Both the position numbers and the translations under genes were made by a program. Below are positions 1-10,699 of a DNA stretch of 64,000 nucleotides, one piece after another. How positions within the stretch are numbered: position 1 is the first letter of the stretch; each line of letters starts with the position of its first letter. The notes under the pieces are model-generated. The model was not told the DNA's origin. It did not search any database and saw nothing but the letters and a program-made list of their open reading frames with translations. This DNA comes from Welwitschia mirabilis (taxonomy: Eukaryota): contig JBOZIK010000001.1 in assembly GCA_051453625.1 (NCBI GenBank), positions 1,307,884-1,371,883 of the forward strand. Direction: 5' to 3'.

Positions 1-862
1 CAGTCTTAGGCTTACCTAATTTTGATAAGCTATTTGAAGTTGATTGTGATGCTAGTGGAGTGGGAATAGGGGTTGTTCTGTCCCAAGAATGCAGGCCAAT
101 TTGCTACTTCAGTGAGAAGCTCAGTGATGGCCAAACGGAAGCAGTGAATCACACCTTGGACAACTTGATTCATAGTATATATGAAGAAAATCCAAAGCAG
201 TGGGATTTAGCGTTGTCTCAGATAGAGTTTGCTTATAATAATGCTGTCCACAGTGCCATTGGAAGATTCCCCTTTTCTATGGTCTACACCAAGGTGCCAC
301 AACATATCCTAGATCTGATCAAGTTATCAAAGGAAGTAGAGAAGAGTGTAACAGTGACACATCTGGCCAACCAGATAGTGAAGATGCATAAGGAAATTAA
401 GCAAAGACTAGAGGAGGTCAATGAAAGGTATAAGATAGCTACTAACAAATATAAGAGAAAACAAAGTTTTGCAGTGGGTGATTCTATTATGGTGTTTCTT
501 CAGTGGGAGCGATTTCCAGTCGATATATACGGCAAGTTGCAACCAAATAAATATGGACCATTTATAATTAGTAAGAAGATTAATGATAACACCTATGTTG
601 TTGATCTTCCAATGAGCATGGGGATTTCTAATATCTTCAACGTAGCTGATTTATCACCATTCCATGCATCTGGTGAGCCGATGTACCCTGACCTTAGGCC
701 CAACTCGAGGATGAGTTTTCTTCAAGTGAAGGGGACTGACGTGGAGCATACCGCTAGGCCGAGCCTAGTTAAGAAGGGTGGAGTAGTGTAACCTCCATCT
801 TTATTTTTCAGTATTTATTACTTTTATATTAGCAGGGTTGGAGTGATGTAACTCCCATCTTT
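1..862 (+). mobile_element. Ty3/gypsy LTR retrotransposon 3' part, CRM-like chromovirus (pol remnant, PPT, start of 3' LTR); runs off window start and into N gap
   Basis: Frame 3 reads VLGLPNFDKLFEVDCDASGVGIGVVLSQ (RT connection/RNase H), then GQTEAVN..WD..LSQIEFAYNN (integrase core), a GPF motif (GPY/F) and NSRMSFLQVKGTD, resembling the CRM integrase end. Purine tract aagtgaagggga at 724-735 is followed by TGACG at 737 (putative LTR start). Confidence 0.85.
3..791 (+). pseudogene. Internally deleted gypsy pol (RNase H N-terminus fused in frame to integrase C-terminal half)
   Basis: Open frame from the window edge to stop at 791 (the GTG at 60 is not a real start). FSEKLSD joins directly to GQTE, so most of RNase H, the zinc finger and the first two integrase catalytic residues are missing. 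Confidence 0.85.
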
Positions 863-1230
863 NNNNNNNNNNNNNNNNNNNNNNNNNNNNNNNNNNNNNN
901 NNNNNNNNNNNNNNNNNNNNNNNNNNNNNNNNNNNNNNNNNNNNNNNNNNNNNNNNNNNNNNNNNNNNNNNNNNNNNNNNNNNNNNNNNNNNNNNNNNNN
1001 NNNNNNNNNNNNNNNNNNNNNNNNNNNNNNNNNNNNNNNNNNNNNNNNNNNNNNNNNNNNNNNNNNNNNNNNNNNNNNNNNNNNNNNNNNNNNNNNNNNN
1101 NNNNNNNNNNNNNNNNNNNNNNNNNNNNNNNNNNNNNNNNNNNNNNNNNNNNNNNNNNNNNNNNNNNNNNNNNNNNNNNNNNNNNNNNNNNNNNNNNNNN
1201 NNNNNNNNNNNNNNNNNNNNNNNNNNNNNN

Positions 1231-1307
1231 AGAATGGTGATAAATCAGCTACGTTGAAGGTATTAGAAATCCCCATGCTCGTTGGAAGGTCAACAACATA
1301 GGCGTTA
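1231..1307 (-). mobile_element. Inverted copy of the gypsy integrase 3' segment
   Basis: Reverse complement of 1232-1307 matches 587-662 with 4 mismatches in 76 nt (encodes NAYVVDLPTSMGISNTFNVADLSPF). Confidence 0.9.
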
Positions 1308-1845
1308 GAAAGGTAAGTAAAGGTCAGTTCCTTCGTCTAATGAAACCGCACATACGGCTTTTATCAGTTGCAATTTTTTTGTAAATTTCTTCTTTGCACA
1401 GCAGCAAGGGAGAGCTTGTTGTTCCTAACAAATTTCAAACATTAAGCAAACTTAAAACAATAGCTGTGTTTCACAAGAAGTCAATTTCTTGGCGTGATGC
1501 TGTCTCCCCTGCATGTTGGAGACTTAGAGAACCCAGTGGAAGCTAACACGATTTTATTAGAAAACAATGTACTGCAACACTGTAAAGGATGCAGTGCCAC
1601 TATAGCACATTAAAAAAAAAAAAAAGAAACAAAAATTAAAACAAAGAATGCATAAAAACTAACATTCTAAGCATAGATAAATTATAAGGACATGATAATT
1701 TTTGTACTTTTTCATGCATGTTTCATTTGCAGTTTTAGCATTTTTCTCAATATCATGACTACAAGCTCGTTGTGGAGAATATGTATTTCCATACTTTTAT
1801 GTTTCAAAAATCAACATATCACATACAGACGTCTGTATTTTTGAA

Positions 1846-2140
1846 CCCTACATAGTCTAATCGGTTTGACCCATCTCTAAGTGAAGAGTTTCAAAGTCTC
1901 GAGTTCAAATCCTACAATGTGTGAATTTGTTTGTAGTTCTATGGCTCTACCCATGTATTCAAGCCACAACTGGCATGAGCTTCAACATCTTGGGTATGAA
2001 TCACAAGCAAACTGAGACATTTGGTAGCCACCTCTTGGGTCAACAATCACCACCCATAACTTTTAATCTAGCCAAGCAAACCAATGGCCCTGGCAAGTAT
2101 GGTACAGTTTTAGCTTCTTTAAAAAAAAAAGGAAAAAAAG
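1846..2140 (+). mobile_element. Candidate tRNA-derived SINE
   Basis: A-box-like tagtctaatcgg (1853-1864), B-box-like gagttcaaatcc (1901-1912), about 200 nt body and an A-rich tail at 2121-2139. No clear TSD. Confidence 0.4.
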
Positions 2141-2774
2141 AACTTTTATTCTACAAATGAACAACCTTAAATGTACTAATATACCATCTCCATAAATTGA
2201 GAAATACCAGCCACCCATTCTATAAAACTGTTTGGCCAGACGTTGGAAATGATTTCTCCTGCAAAGCAATAAAACTAAGTTCATTAGAATATGCATATAA
2301 GTTTCATTCAACTACAATGCCATCCAGTGCACCAAAAAGCAATATTTGTGCAGTTAAAGAGGCACATGAAAACTGTCGGCAAAAATGAAAACCTCTATTT
2401 TCTCAGTATTATTGTTAATCCTTAGCATGTTCACGTCTTCAAGAATTCACAACCCAGATACACATTAAGTGATTTTACAAGAGCCAAATTTGTGTCATTT
2501 TTCAGGAATGCCAAACAAGAGAGGGTTACAAACTGATTCTCTACATTAATATAAAGCTTTGATCTACTGCTCAATTACCTTTTAGGAAACAAATGTTTTT
2601 CATGTGATATTCCGAATATCTCAAATGTTTTTCATGTGATCAATTACCTCCTTCCATTTTGGACAGAGTAGTATTCTTGTTGTAACCTCAACTACAATAG
2701 TCGTTGAACATGAACAAAATTTGATGCCGTGACACACACACGTGCCATTCCTAATGCAGCTGGTTGTAGGATGA

Positions 2775-4343
2775 CTAATAAGCAGAAAGCAACACTGCTT
2801 CTTCATCCACCTCTCTCAGTTCTTCAGATTTATCTGATACAGAATTTTCACTGTGAGGTAGCACTGGAAGCTCTGGGCTAGTGGAAAAGCTCACCCATTT
2901 CTCTTTTCTAAAAAAGTCTAAACAAGGATACAAAGTAAACCCAATCCCACCAGCAGCTAGACTGACAAGGATAACTTTTTGGGAAGCTGTAGCCATCACC
3001 AGAATCAAGAACGTGGAGGGAAGCAAGCAAAGAAGAACTACACCAAAAGTCCCCAAAGGAATCTTGTAAGGACGATGGATTTCTGGCTGCTTCACTCTTA
3101 ACCAAATAAACGCTGCAAATTCTGCAAACATGCTGAAACTATATAGATAGTTCTCTGCTGCCACAATTTCTTGGAATGTCAAGGATGACAACAATAGCAC
3201 CCCCGATGCAGACAACAAAATCCCCAAAAGAGGAGTCCCAAACCTAGATCTCACAGCAAATGCTGATGGGAGCATGCCTCTCTCTGCCATTCCTAAAAGT
3301 TGGAATGAATCACTGCTCATTTCTGCCTCAAACATTCCCATATTTGACAAAGCCGCAGCCGCTTCCATCCACCATTGCAACCAAGCCCCACCCAACATTT
3401 TGGCAATGTCTGCAAAGTACCCTGCGTTCCATTGACTTCTATCAAGATCTATTGATCCTGTACCGGAGAGAAGAGGGACAAAGTAAGTAGTTCCAACAAG
3501 CACAACAGCAGAATACAGAGCTTTTGGTAAAGTCTTTCTGGGATTCTCTACCTCCCCCGCCAATGTGCTAACAGAATCCCAGTAATTCAGGTTCCAGAAG
3601 AGAGTATTCAAATACACATTCCAATCAATATTTTTGACATCAATTTGTAGCCATCTTGAAGGTCTCAACCTGGGAACTGCAAGAACACCTATCATGGCAA
3701 AGGGGAGGAGAGAAAAAGCACCTAGAAAAACCGATGTCCAACCAACAATTGTAAGGCCTCTGTAATTTAGGTAGGTCAAAGTTACGGTTATAATTATAAC
3801 AGCTGCAATTCTTGGGATCCCATTAGCTACAACTGGAATTACAGATTTTAAGTATTCCATAAACAAAACAGGATAAAGAGCATTATCAATTACTCCACCC
3901 AACCATTTCCACCATCCTTGCTGGAATCCCCAAAATGGACCAAAGGCTGCAGAAACCCACACTACGTAGCCTCCATTCTCAGGAAACATTGTGCTTAATT
4001 CAGCAGTAACTAGGGCTTCTGGAATACTCCATAGAAAGGGGAAGATAAGAAACCCTAGAAGAGCCAATAATGGGCCCCCAGCTTTAACAGAATCCTCAAC
4101 GCCAAATGGTCCCCCCGATACTTCATAGAAAATGAGGAATACAAGGGGAACAAAAGATAGTTTCGGCTTTCTAGTCGCAACTGTTTTGGAGGATCTCGTT
4201 CCTTCTTGATCGAGGCCAGAACTTTCCGAGTTATTACTTTTTTCCTCCATTTTCTCGGTTGAAGATCCTCTTCTGTGTAAGCTATTCCTATAGCTTTTTT
4301 CTATGTCAACATTGACAGACGAGGCATCTCTTTGAAAGAACAT
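2775..4343 (-). CDS. PUT: Polyamine uptake transporter / L-type amino acid transporter (APC superfamily; PUT2/RMV1-like), intronless CDS
   Basis: Uninterrupted ORF with many hydrophobic segments and family motifs [66 protein letters not shown] and RPYKIP. The ORF-track start at 4364 is TTG. First in-frame ATG is 4343 (522 aa); alternative ATG at 4250 (491 aa). Confidence 0.95.
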   Translation of the reverse strand: MFFQRDASSVNVDIEKSYRNSLHRRGSSTEKMEEKSNNSESSGLDQEGTRSSKTVATRKPKLSFVPLVFLIFYEVSGGPFGVEDSVKAGGPLLALLGFLIFPFLWSIPEALVTAELSTMFPENGGYVVWVSAAFGPFWGFQQGWWKWLGGVIDNALYPVLFMEYLKSVIPVVANGIPRIAAVIIITVTLTYLNYRGLTIVGWTSVFLGAFSLLPFAMIGVLAVPRLRPSRWLQIDVKNIDWNVYLNTLFWNLNYWDSVSTLAGEVENPRKTLPKALYSAVVLVGTTYFVPLLSGTGSIDLDRSQWNAGYFADIAKMLGGAWLQWWMEAAAALSNMGMFEAEMSSDSFQLLGMAERGMLPSAFAVRSRFGTPLLGILLSASGVLLLSSLTFQEIVAAENYLYSFSMFAEFAAFIWLRVKQPEIHRPYKIPLGTFGVVLLCLLPSTFLILVMATASQKVILVSLAAGGIGFTLYPCLDFFRKEKWVSFSTSPELPVLPHSENSVSDKSEELREVDEEAVLLSAY

Positions 4344-4416
4344 GATATTCGCGCAAGAATCCAAGCATAGGATTTCGGATCGTTCTCAAGCCTTCGCACA
4401 GAATTACAAAAGGAAG

Positions 4417-4672
4417 CTGTAAGGGAAGAATTGCAGAGAAAGAAAGAGAAGACTTTTCTTATGTTTGTTTGAAGATCCAGCAATATAAATAAATTGACAA
4501 AATTTTTTGAGGATTTAACGTCTTTCAAGGAAATCGTTAACGCACCTCGACCAGAACTCGTAACTGCTAACTCAATTACGTTAGTTCCAGATCAACAGAC
4601 TCTAATGCGTTTAACGAAATGACGAGCAAAAGGCGTACTGAAACCGCGATAGAAAGGGCTAACAACATTTAC
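4417..4672 (-). other. Putative 5' UTR intron of the PUT gene
   Basis: Minus strand CTG|GTAAAT donor at 4672 and long pyrimidine tract ending cccttaCAG at 4417. Confidence 0.5.
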
Positions 4673-4925
4673 CAGGATCTGGGAAGAGGTTTCCGAAGGA
4701 GAAATCCCAGAGGGTGATTAGACGAAGACCATTGCCTGCAAACTTAGTCCAGTAGTGCGTTTTATCGGCATTTCAAAATGGATGTGCAGAGAGAGAGTCA
4801 AAATCCTCGGAGTAAAACTCGCCCAACAACTAAAATGGTCAAAAGGGTTATTACGCAGAAAGAATCAATAAGAAGGGGAGAGATACCTTAATGGACCCTT
4901 GAAAAATATCTATAAGTAAGGTATT

Positions 4926-5004
4926 TTTAAGATGATTAGTTATCTAAAAGAAAGCATAACTCTTGGCATCTTTGAGATGGTTGGTTATCCAAAAGAAAGC
5001 ATAA
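4926..5004. repeat. Imperfect tandem duplication (about 34 bp, 45 bp period)
   Basis: tttaagatgattagttatctaaaagaaagcataa (4926-4959) vs tttgagatggttggttatccaaaagaaagcataa (4971-5004). Confidence 0.85.
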
Positions 5005-5009
5005 ATCAA

Positions 5010-8000
5010 AATTATAGGGGAGAAGAATCCAAAAAATTCTGTGACTCCTTTGTGTAGCATTTGCATAAATCTACCCTTCTGAGAGTAGCAACTTCATATG
5101 AAAAAGCAATTAATAAAATAATTGAAGATTTTATACTAATGGTTGTGAAAAGTTTCTTTATTGTACCAATACTGACAGTGACATTTCTAAACATAGTGAA
5201 AACTTGCAAGTAAGATAAGATGTCATCCCTTTTTCACACTATTATTAATTGTATCTCGAAGCAAAATAAAGCCTGAATAGTGTGAGGGACTCTTGAGATC
5301 AAGCAAATGAAAGAGTCCACCCCAAATCTTAGTAGCTAGAATACAATCCCAAAACACATGCTAAAACCTTTCATAGGTTTGATCAATAGGACAAATTGGC
5401 TTACTAACATCACAATGATCGAGATGATGACTAATGGGCAAACCTTGATGAATGAGGCACTAGAAATAGATTCTATGCTTGAGATGAGCCTTTGGAGTCT
5501 GAAAGAGATGAAAAAGTTACTTCCACTTATCCTCTGGCTAAGTAAGATCCCTTTTATTATTCATAACCAAATGGATATTCTAAAGATTATTAAACCAAAT
5601 TCGAGCTTTATGAAGAGAACAATTGATAAGAGTGTTTCTATCAGGTCATTTCCAATCTTTCCACCACTTCTTGGTATTGGTATTCCAATCATGCATCATC
5701 AAAATGTTCTCGATATGTTTGATTATGCATAAATCCAATCTCTAAATCTTCCATCTAAATTTAAGATCTTATTATATAATGCATGGATTCCTATTACTAT
5801 AAGAAACGAATTGATCAAGGTGAAACAGCCCTCTTTAGCTATTCTATTAGCTATATTATTAAATAAATAAGAAGAGGTTTATTCTTAATACTAACAGCTA
5901 AAGCCTAGTAGGGAGAATGGGTCTGAAGACTTCCATTACCAATTCCATTAGGCTCCCAAGAAAGATAGTGCTAACTTTATGCTAGCTCTTCCAAATTTGT
6001 TGGAAGACATGAAAATCTTACATCTAGATTTCAGCATAAGAGAATATGAAGCTACTCCAATGCATTCTTTGACATCCTTAACCAAAGTAAAACTTTCCAT
6101 TAGAAAAATGATGTCTAAATAAGACTTTCTAGGTCTTATCACCCTCAGAAGCTCTAACAATCCATGTGATTGGAATAAGAAGACATTGAACTTTTAAAAA
6201 AGGGATTTTTAAGTCGCCACACTCCTTTATCTACTAACATATATTCCAAGCGACATGGCTGGAAATTTTTCAATTATTAGAATTATCTCATAAATAATTT
6301 TGAAGAATTTTATTGATTGAATCATACGTAGATTTGGAAGGAGCCGTAAAGAAAGCATAATGGACTGAAGTTAGCACTAAGAACATGGGACTAGAGAACA
6401 AGTCTTCTAGTCAAAGATAAAGGTTTAGATACCCTCTTTAGAGCCTTAGATTTCACCTTTTCCACCACTCTTTACCATATGGTAGTAGGAGGATCAACCA
6501 AAAGCATAAAAATACCTAGCATGAAATGATGAGTAAGAGACATTCATCTTATATTATACTTGTAAATCTAAGGAGGTCTTATATTGAAACTAAATTAGAA
6601 GACTTAGGTTTTCTCCTAATTGTTTCTAGAACTAGATGCTAGACAAAACATATCAATGGTATTAAAAATGACTTGAAAGTCAACTTTCATATTTTTACTA
6701 AAAGAAACATGTCCTCAATAAATTGGCTATGAAGAACCATGTTACATTAGGAAGATAAATTCCTCAAGGATGGCCTAGAGCACTATTAACTTTAAGAAGG
6801 GCACCTAAAACATCAATAAAAATCATAAAAAGATAAGGAGTTACAGGGAAACCTTACTTGATAGATCTCTAAAGCTAAGTAGGTGAAGAAAACATCCCAT
6901 TTATATGAGCAACGGAGTTTTCATCTACCAGTAACATTTGAACATGTCTCTGAAAGATCTCTTCTAGTCTATAATGTCTTATAGACTTGAAAAAGAAATG
7001 TCAATCCAAATGATCATAGGCCTTAGCAAAATCAAGCTTAAGAAAAATAACATTTTTGGAGGTGTTAGAAGCCTAGTTCATAAATTCCACATTAGTGATA
7101 ACATTTTTCAAGATAAATCTCTTTTGCATGAAACCTACTTGTTTATTATTAATAATATTGGAAAGAAATTTCTTTGATCTGTTAGTCAAGCATTTAGCAA
7201 TGATTTTATCAATAATGTTCAAAATACTTATGGGTCTCCAATTATTAATACTACAAGATTTACGTGTCTTGGGAAGAAGCTTTACCACTCTAGTATAGAG
7301 CTTGAGCCCCGAGGAACCTCTATTAAAAGCTTTGACATAGACATTGCAAGATTTAGACCTAATAAAATGCTAAGATCTCTTATAAAATTTTCTATAAAAA
7401 TCATCAATGCATGGATCTTTATCATCTTTAAGTTGCTTGAGGGCATTCAAAAAAATTCTTCTCTAGAAATGCAAGTAACATTGCCAAAAAAAAATTAATT
7501 AAAGGGCTTAAGAGCTTTAAGGCGCATCTTAATGGCTCCTTCATCCATATGAGCAGTAGAGAAAATACTCAAATACTGATTATGGCAAGCTTTAATAACA
7601 TCTCCTTCAACATTGTAAGTAGTATCTCCAACACTAATGGCCTCAATGCAAGGATATGGAAGTTTACGTTTCACAAAGAGAAGAAACTAGAAGAAGTTTG
7701 ATCTCTTCCATACGCAAGCAAGATAAGCAACCATCAAGATGCACGTTTCTAGATTTATAATGGTCTATTTATTTAAGATTATTCTTATAAATTTGAAGAG
7801 TATCGAAATCCCTATAAGAACCAAGGCCTATATTAATGTACCTCTAAAGGAAGTCAACATCTAAAATTAAGTTTTTTTCTTTTTCTTTTTATTTTTTCAT
7901 TTTTGGCTAGGTGTAGGAGATGCGAGTTGTTATTAGAAGCTGCCATTTTACCACAATGATTTACAAAACACTAAATGTGACGAATGCTATTATTCTGCCA

Positions 8001-10380
8001 ACTAATCCAACCACACTTCCCAGTAGGTCAGGGAATAAGATTTCAAATCTACATGAAGAGGTCATATAACAAATTTCTGCAAAGAAAATCCATGTTAAAA
8101 ATGAAGAGATACATTATAGCATGGTTAGAATCAATAAATAGAATATATGAAAAATGGAAGAGTGATCTGAAAGCACTTAATGATAGCTAGCTATGCTTGG
8201 AATCTTTTTGTTTTGAATAACTTCATTATTTCCATCAATGGAAAACTAAACATGATCTAACCTAAAGGTGATTTACTTTGTCCCTTTTCTAGCATTATTT
8301 CAAGTGAATCATCTATTAGTAATGGGATTAGTAACTCTACTATTAGAGTCTTGAAAATGAAATTAGCCTTTGAATTGGATTCATTTATCAAATTCCATAT
8401 TCTCAGAACCACCTTTTCTATCATCACATTTGTTAAACGCATTCTCTATCATATTAAAGTGACTCTTTATTAACCAAATAGCGTTAGGAAGCATGGCATG
8501 AAGCCACTTCCATAAATCACAATGATCCTTAAAGATACAAGGAGCATAAATGCATTAAAGATCAAAAACAATATTATGCCATTTCAAATAAACCTAGATA
8601 TAGTTGATCTTTTCAAATTTTGAAAAATTAATAACATAATTCTTAACCTTTTATGAAGGAGAATAATTACAGTTCCCTTCCTTGCTGAGTGATTAGAAGC
8701 AAGAAAAATACTATTAGAACAAATGATGTTATAACCAACCTAAAGATTAAAACCTTGAGTCTTGACTTCTTGAAGAAAAAAGGCATGCCATTTTTTATTC
8801 TCATATGAAATCTTGAATTATATATTTTCTCTGGGGGTCAAAGAGTCCCTAAATATTTTGTGAGATGAACTTCACAATGCAAATTCTAGGTGGGAGAATC
8901 TTCCATTCTTAAGCCACTAATAATGAGTTATAATACTCAAAGTTATTAGTCTGTTGTGTCTTCTGGATTGATTAACTAATCTACTACTTTATGGTGATAA
9001 TTATTTTTTGATTTCTATGATATTGAATAAACGATTAGATCTAATCACTAAAGTATACAATTTCTCATCAACAACTTTCCATCCATTGTTTTTTTCCTTA
9101 ATTTGTTATTTAAACCAATCATTTTCCTTGATCATTATCCTTGATCAACATATCATCTACATAAGGAGTTAGATGTGTTTCTTCCAATATACGAGCCCCC
9201 TTATCCACATTTTAGATGAGAATCCTAGCTCATGATTATCACCCGTCTCGAGGACTAACTTATTTGAAGACTTAGAAAGGAATAGTAAGATAAGAGAAGT
9301 TTTGAATGATTATCATTCTAATTATAAAGAATATAATGGATTCAAGTTGATGTCTTAGCATGTCTATCACAACGCAAACCATTAAAAACTTGTGAATGAT
9401 TCCATTCTAATAACTTAACCAATCTTAGTGGCTAAAATAATAGAATGAGATTAAAAAATGGACTAGAAGGCCTAAAAACATAATCTCAATTGGGATAGTA
9501 CTTTGGATAGCTTTTTTTAGCTCAAAATCCTCTCTCTATGATTATAAGATCAAGAGTGTGCTAAAGACATTCCAAACTGATTGCTTCTTAGCCTAATCGG
9601 TCATTTCCTTTATTTCAAATCTAAAAGGAAAAAAACCTTTGGTTAAATTTAAAATTTAAATTATTAATAAATTTTAATTTCTTGTAAGCCCAATTCTTCT
9701 AAATCTATGCATTAAGGATAGAGATGGAAGGGATTTTTCTATTGAAAAATTACTGCATATAAGTTAACCATATCAATGTGTTATCAAATATGTCCTATGA
9801 AAAATTGAAATCTATAATAATGTTGTCCTCGATTGGTAAAGAACTACAAATACCATAGTCATGTCCATTTACCATAGTATTTTTTTACCATTCAAGGAAT
9901 ATATTTCCCTAGCTATAATATATCTTTCGTATGATCATCTAGCTAGGATCAAGAAGAATTATTTGGAGTCATCCACAAACCTTACCTTTGCAGCCGCAAT
10001 GCCATAAAGTATTGAATGTAAAGTACCAAAGCCTACAAATTAAACCTTATCTTCAATATTAAACTCATTTTTTTAATCTCTATTCCTTTTCTATCTTTTC
10101 CTTCCCTTAAAATGAAAGGCTAATTGTTGATATACCCCTTGGGGACTGATAAGAAATTCTTTTGATAAATTAATTTCTATCCTCTAAGGCATACATTATT
10201 TACAAGAAGGATAAAATATCACATTGGTTTATAAATACAAAATTTAAAACACCACGTAGATGTGTTAGAAAACTTCTTGAATACTTCTTTACAACATTGC
10301 TAGATTAGAACTTGATGTAAGTAAATCATTCATTTGAGAAATCATGGTGGTTGTACTCCTACGAAGAAGTATGGTCACTA
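5010..10380 (-). mobile_element. Degenerate near-full-length L1-clade LINE (ORF1, endonuclease, RT, zinc knuckle)
   Basis: RT motif LLPK..NWRPISILNIIDKIIAKCLTNR..Q.GF (7073-7288), endonuclease start KFISQNI.GL near 8870, C-terminal CPI....E..HVFWDC near 5335-5395 and ORF1-like GFF.FRF near 9610-9640. Many stops and frameshifts; ends approximate. Confidence 0.85.
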
Positions 10381-10699
10381 AAAGTTTTGATTTTGATACC
10401 CTCTTAATATTTTTTAAAAAATAAAGACTTAAACTTAGAACCTATTGAAAATGAAATATACCTATTAGCACTTAAGTGATCTATCGTAACATTATTTATA
10501 AATAGCATAAAAATTTAATAAAGAAAGTCTTATGAAAATGAAGCTATCTTTTTAAAGTTGAGCATATGAAACAACTAAAGGTATTTTGTGAATTAAATCC
10601 TCCTTCTTTAAATCACGAAAGGTGAATATTCTAATACTAAGATGCTAATCTTATAAAGAAATTTATTTCCCACTCAAGTAAGTTCACTAACAAACTAAT

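Noticed and set aside
824..1276. 150-aa ORF
   Set aside because: Spans gap 863-1230; only the inverted integrase fragment is real.
2881..3490. Short ORFs overlapping the transporter CDS
   Set aside because: Antisense or alternative-frame shadows with no recognisable domain.
4344..4364. TTG start giving a 529-aa transporter
   Set aside because: Non-ATG start from the ORF caller; ATGs at 4343 and 4250 are more plausible in a plant nuclear gene.
5358..5732. 124-aa plus-strand ORF
   Set aside because: Antisense to LINE ORF2; no domain recognised.
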